NCBI GenBank assembly: GCA_944358115.1
Contig: CALVQH010000002.1
Coordinates: 1,353 to 65,352, forward strand
Source of the DNA: an uncultured Bacilli bacterium
Lineage (GTDB): Bacteria; Bacillota_I; Bacilli_A; RF39; UBA660
Direction of reading: 5' to 3'
DNA length: 64,000 bases
The notes under the pieces are model-generated. The model was not told the origin of the DNA. It saw nothing but the letters and a program-made list of their open reading frames with translations, and ran no database searches. Below, piece by piece: positions 61,104 to 64,000 of this stretch. A program made the translations under genes and the position numbers. Numbering within the stretch: position 1 is the stretch's first letter; the number at the start of each line of letters is the position of its first letter.

Positions 61104-62065
61104 TATTTATCACCATATTCATACAAACCAGAATATATTTTTTCAATTTCATTATTTTTCCAATGAAGATTATAATATCTTTCTTGATAAGCACCAAAAG
61201 ACATATTAAAATCCTCTATACTTTCGTATACAGATCCTTCAAAATCCAAATATTGAACTTCTGTATTCTCTTTCAAATATTTTATCATGTTAAAATAAAT
61301 AGTAGTTATAGCACCTTTATTTTCATAATACGAATATAAGATATATGCAGTATGTTTATCCCATACTAAATGCACCCCTCCTAAAACTTCATCATTATTT
61401 TTTAAAACAAAACTCATTCCTCTATTTTGAGAAATACTTTCTAAAATATATTTTTTAACAAAAGTGGATGAGGAGGGAAAATTGTGTTTTTTTTCCCATT
61501 TCATTGCCTTATCGCAATCAAAATATTTTAGTTCATTATCACAAACCATTTTTGCTCCTATTTTGCTCATTTTTTTTATTTCTTTTTTTCTATCAGAGCC
61601 AAATTCTTTATACAATTCATCCATACTTTTATGTAAATCTAATTTATATGTATATCTAACTTCTGGGATAAATCCTGATCTTATGAATGGCATTATGTCA
61701 ATGATTTTAGGATCGATAGAAAAACTTATAGTAGTAAAATTGTTTTTTAAATATTGCGCTAGCAAATATTCGATATCACGGATTAACTTTATTTTATGGC
61801 GTTCTTTAGTAGGTAATTGCAATAATATAGGTCCACCATAAGGAATATACATAGTACTTTGAGATAACTTTTTTGGATTTTTTTCATCAATAAATAATGG
61901 CATAAATCCAATTATTTTTCCTTTTTCATTCAATATCACTAACATATAGGTAACTTTTTTTAAAAATAGAAACCAATCGTAGGCAAAACAAGTCCCATTA
62001 AAACTATTATCTATTAATTGATTCAAATCAATAAAACTATCTAGCCTTTTTAGTTCAATAGTCAT
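61103..62065 (-). CDS. FemAB/FemX-like (Acetyltransf_6-type) aminoacyl/acyl transferase
   Basis: 320 aa. The C-terminal LDFEGSVYESIEDFNMSFGA resembles the FemX-family .DFgG.....gl..FK..FG. motif, and the size fits. Confidence 0.5.
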   Translation of the reverse strand: MTIELKRLDSFIDLNQLIDNSFNGTCFAYDWFLFLKKVTYMLVILNEKGKIIGFMPLFIDEKNPKKLSQSTMYIPYGGPILLQLPTKERHKIKLIRDIEYLLAQYLKNNFTTISFSIDPKIIDIMPFIRSGFIPEVRYTYKLDLHKSMDELYKEFGSDRKKEIKKMSKIGAKMVCDNELKYFDCDKAMKWEKKHNFPSSSTFVKKYILESISQNRGMSFVLKNNDEVLGGVHLVWDKHTAYILYSYYENKGAITTIYFNMIKYLKENTEVQYLDFEGSVYESIEDFNMSFGAYQERYYNLHWKNNEIEKIYSGLYEYGDK

Positions 62066-62074
62066 ATAATCACC

Positions 62075-62917
62075 TCATTTACTAACCAATATATGGTATC
62101 TATCATTTTCACAATTCTTTAACGAATCATAGGTTGAGTTTCTTCTTCCCCAAAAATCTATATCTACTATTCCTTCCATTTTTTCTAATTTTTCTAAATG
62201 GTTATATAAGCAAAAGAAACCAGCATAATATTTTCTACCTAAATCAGAAGCCCCCCACTTTACTGCATACCATTGTTTTGTTAAATTGTTTTTAAAAAAC
62301 AAAGAATACGCTAACGGGATATTATCTTTATATATAACATTTAAAAATGAATCTTCATGATTATTAAAAAGAAATTTTTGATATTGTAAATCTTCTCTAT
62401 CTAAACTTTTCATATTACTATTTTCTCGATATTTCCAAGAACACTCATCAATTTTTAAAACATCATCCCACAATTCACATACATTATTGCTTTTCGAATC
62501 CAAAAAAGCAAAATTATTTTTATTTTTTTGATAATTTTTATAATTTTTTTTGGTTTGCATACCACATTCATTATTCAAATAATTTGCAATATTGTTTAAG
62601 AGCTTTAATTTAGGAGCACTCCACGAATCAATAACTTTTAAATTCACATTATTTTCATCACACCATACTTTTATGTTCTCATATAGATTTTGATCAATAT
62701 AATAAAATTGGAATTTAATTCCTTTATTTATATATTTTTTTACCTCATCATAATTTTGTATATTAATATGAAAATCGAAAAAGTGTTGGCATCGAAAAAC
62801 ACCGTTAATTTTTGCAAAGATTAAATCCCCAATTTCCAAAATATCTTTTTTTAAAAACCGATCATAAACTGCAGACTTCCAGAATGGTGATAATGTAAAA
62901 TTACCAGCAACGCACAT
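62075..62917 (-). CDS. GNAT-fold / FemAB-like (CelD-BcsL type) acyltransferase
   Basis: 280 aa. The C-terminal half (WYAVKWGASDLGRKYYAGFFCLYNHL...VDIDFWG) resembles the Acetyltransf_6 family. Weak call. Confidence 0.4.
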   Translation of the reverse strand: MCVAGNFTLSPFWKSAVYDRFLKKDILEIGDLIFAKINGVFRCQHFFDFHINIQNYDEVKKYINKGIKFQFYYIDQNLYENIKVWCDENNVNLKVIDSWSAPKLKLLNNIANYLNNECGMQTKKNYKNYQKNKNNFAFLDSKSNNVCELWDDVLKIDECSWKYRENSNMKSLDREDLQYQKFLFNNHEDSFLNVIYKDNIPLAYSLFFKNNLTKQWYAVKWGASDLGRKYYAGFFCLYNHLEKLEKMEGIVDIDFWGRRNSTYDSLKNCENDRYHILVSK

Positions 62918-64000
62918 TTTTATATTCCTCTAATTTTGAAACAATATATTTTAAATGTTTTCTTTTTAATTCAGCTGATAAATTAAACCAAGCAACTCTT
63001 TTAAATAAACTTTCTGCTTTCTCACACTTATTTGGAATATATTTTGTAAGAGAATATGGAAAATTATTTTTGTCCCAAGAATTTTGAAATTTAAAAGTAT
63101 CATATTTATCAATTAAATTACTACAATAGATATTAAACCCTATACCATGATTATTCATATACTTAATAAAATTATCACATTCTTCTTTTGTTGAGAAAAC
63201 AATTCCTAAACTCATTTTAAAAGAATTAGCCCCCTTTACAAATGGGCGAATTTTATAAAAATTTGTATCTATTCTATTAATTAAATATTGATATTTTCTT
63301 TCCTGAAAAGAAATAATTTTATCTATCTTTTTTAACTGCTCTAAAGCAATAGCACTTTGAATTTCAGTAATTTTAAAATTCTCACCAAAAAAAGTTTTTG
63401 TATTCTCCCATGTTGGATAACTGCAACCAACACGATATCCACCATTATCATGATACATTTTAGCTCTCATATATAAATCTTTATTATTAGTTACAAAAAA
63501 GCCACCCTCACCGCAAGTAATGGTCTTTCCAGCCTGTAAACTGAAAGCACCACAATCACCAAATGTTCCTACTTTTTTTCCATTTAATTCTGCTCCTAGT
63601 GCTTGAGCTGTATCTTCTATAACTTTTAAATTATGTTTTTTTGCTATTTTCATAATTTCTTTCATATTAGCTGGAGATCCTTGCATATGTACTACTATAA
63701 TTGCTTTCGTTCTTTCAGAAATATTCTGTTCGATTGATTTAGGATCTATATTCATCGTTTCATCAATATCAACAAATTTAGGAACAGCACCAACCGCCAG
63801 AATATTACTAGCCGATGCAATAAAAGTAAACGAAGGAACTAAAACTTCATCTCCAATACCAATGCCTAAAGCAATGCAGCTAAGTTTTAAAGCTGTGCCA
63901 CCATTAGAACATGCTAATACGTATTTGACATTAAGATATTCTTTCATAGCTTCTTCAAATTGATCTGTCATATATTGTAGATTAGGGCCTTGATATCTAA
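62901..64000 (-). CDS. DegT/DnrJ/EryC1/StrS-family sugar aminotransferase (5' end beyond window)
   Basis: ACSNGGTALKLSCIAL, VPSFTFIASA, IEDTAQALGA and FSLQAGKTITCGEGGF (PLP lysine). The reading frame stays open upstream of the listed Met (RYQGPNLQYMTDQ...), so the gene continues past 64000. Confidence 0.85.
   Translation of the reverse strand, partial: RYQGPNLQYMTDQFEEAMKEYLNVKYVLACSNGGTALKLSCIALGIGIGDEVLVPSFTFIASASNILAVGAVPKFVDIDETMNIDPKSIEQNISERTKAIIVVHMQGSPANMKEIMKIAKKHNLKVIEDTAQALGAELNGKKVGTFGDCGAFSLQAGKTITCGEGGFFVTNNKDLYMRAKMYHDNGGYRVGCSYPTWENTKTFFGENFKITEIQSAIALEQLKKIDKIISFQERKYQYLINRIDTNFYKIRPFVKGANSFKMSLGIVFSTKEECDNFIKYMNNHGIGFNIYCSNLIDKYDTFKFQNSWDKNNFPYSLTKYIPNKCEKAESLFKRVAWFNLSAELKRKHLKYIVSKLEEYKNVRCW

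Noticed and set aside
1-64000. Search by eye for rRNA, tRNA, CRISPR arrays, IS elements/transposases and riboswitch-like leaders
   Set aside because: No G+C-rich structured stretches of tRNA/rRNA type, no regularly spaced identical repeats with unique spacers and no transposase-like ORFs were seen. Intergenic regions are short except those reported. A covariance-model scan (tRNAscan-SE/Infernal) would be needed to exclude small RNAs.

Overview
Low-G+C Firmicutes-type chromosomal segment (well under 30 % G+C by hand-counted lines; standard code, TGA used as a stop), transcribed almost entirely on the minus strand. spoVS suggests an endospore-former lineage (inference). (i) 1-12.9 kb holds ordinary core genes: YnbB-like PLP enzyme, SDR, SLT-domain protein, spoVS, rhodanese lipoprotein, rRNA-methyltransferase-like gene, a membrane-anchored 442-aa surface protein with a divergent XRE regulator, a heterodimeric ABC exporter, HU and a Pro-rich anchored protein. 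(ii) About 13.06-47.4 kb is an integrated conjugative element. It carries a large serine recombinase at the left end, a VirD4-type coupling protein, a MobL/MOB_P-like relaxase with an RHH accessory protein, a CHC2-Toprim primase, an N6-MTase-like protein, an M23 hydrolase, VirB4, VirB3/VirB6/VirB2-like membrane proteins and SSB. It also carries an unusual surface-assembly module (SipW peptidase, two SipW-type substrates, a sortase and a thioester/CnaB adhesin) and a regulatory right end with a recognisable promoter/operator. (iii) 47.6-52.9 kb is accessory DNA on the same strand: LysR, then an SPL-like radical-SAM enzyme, then a MazG-Nudix fusion, plus a small protein and a secreted protein. 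This region and the ICE are bracketed by the C-terminal (12965-13225) and N-terminal (52883-52981) remnants of a paralogue of the 442-aa surface-protein gene. (iv) 53.4-56.8 kb holds three paralogous double-HTH XRE regulators interleaved with unknown minus-strand genes. (v) 56.9-64.0 kb is one co-directional gene string (DegT, Fem/GNAT-like, Fem-like, SAM-MTase, DegT-like) followed by ABC-F and APH(3'), running off the window. I saw no rRNA, tRNA or CRISPR array. The best candidates for an undescribed system are the ICE-borne SipW/TasA-like/sortase/thioester-adhesin module, the radical-SAM + MazG-Nudix pair, and the amino-sugar/Fem operon ending in two ribosome-antibiotic resistance-type genes.
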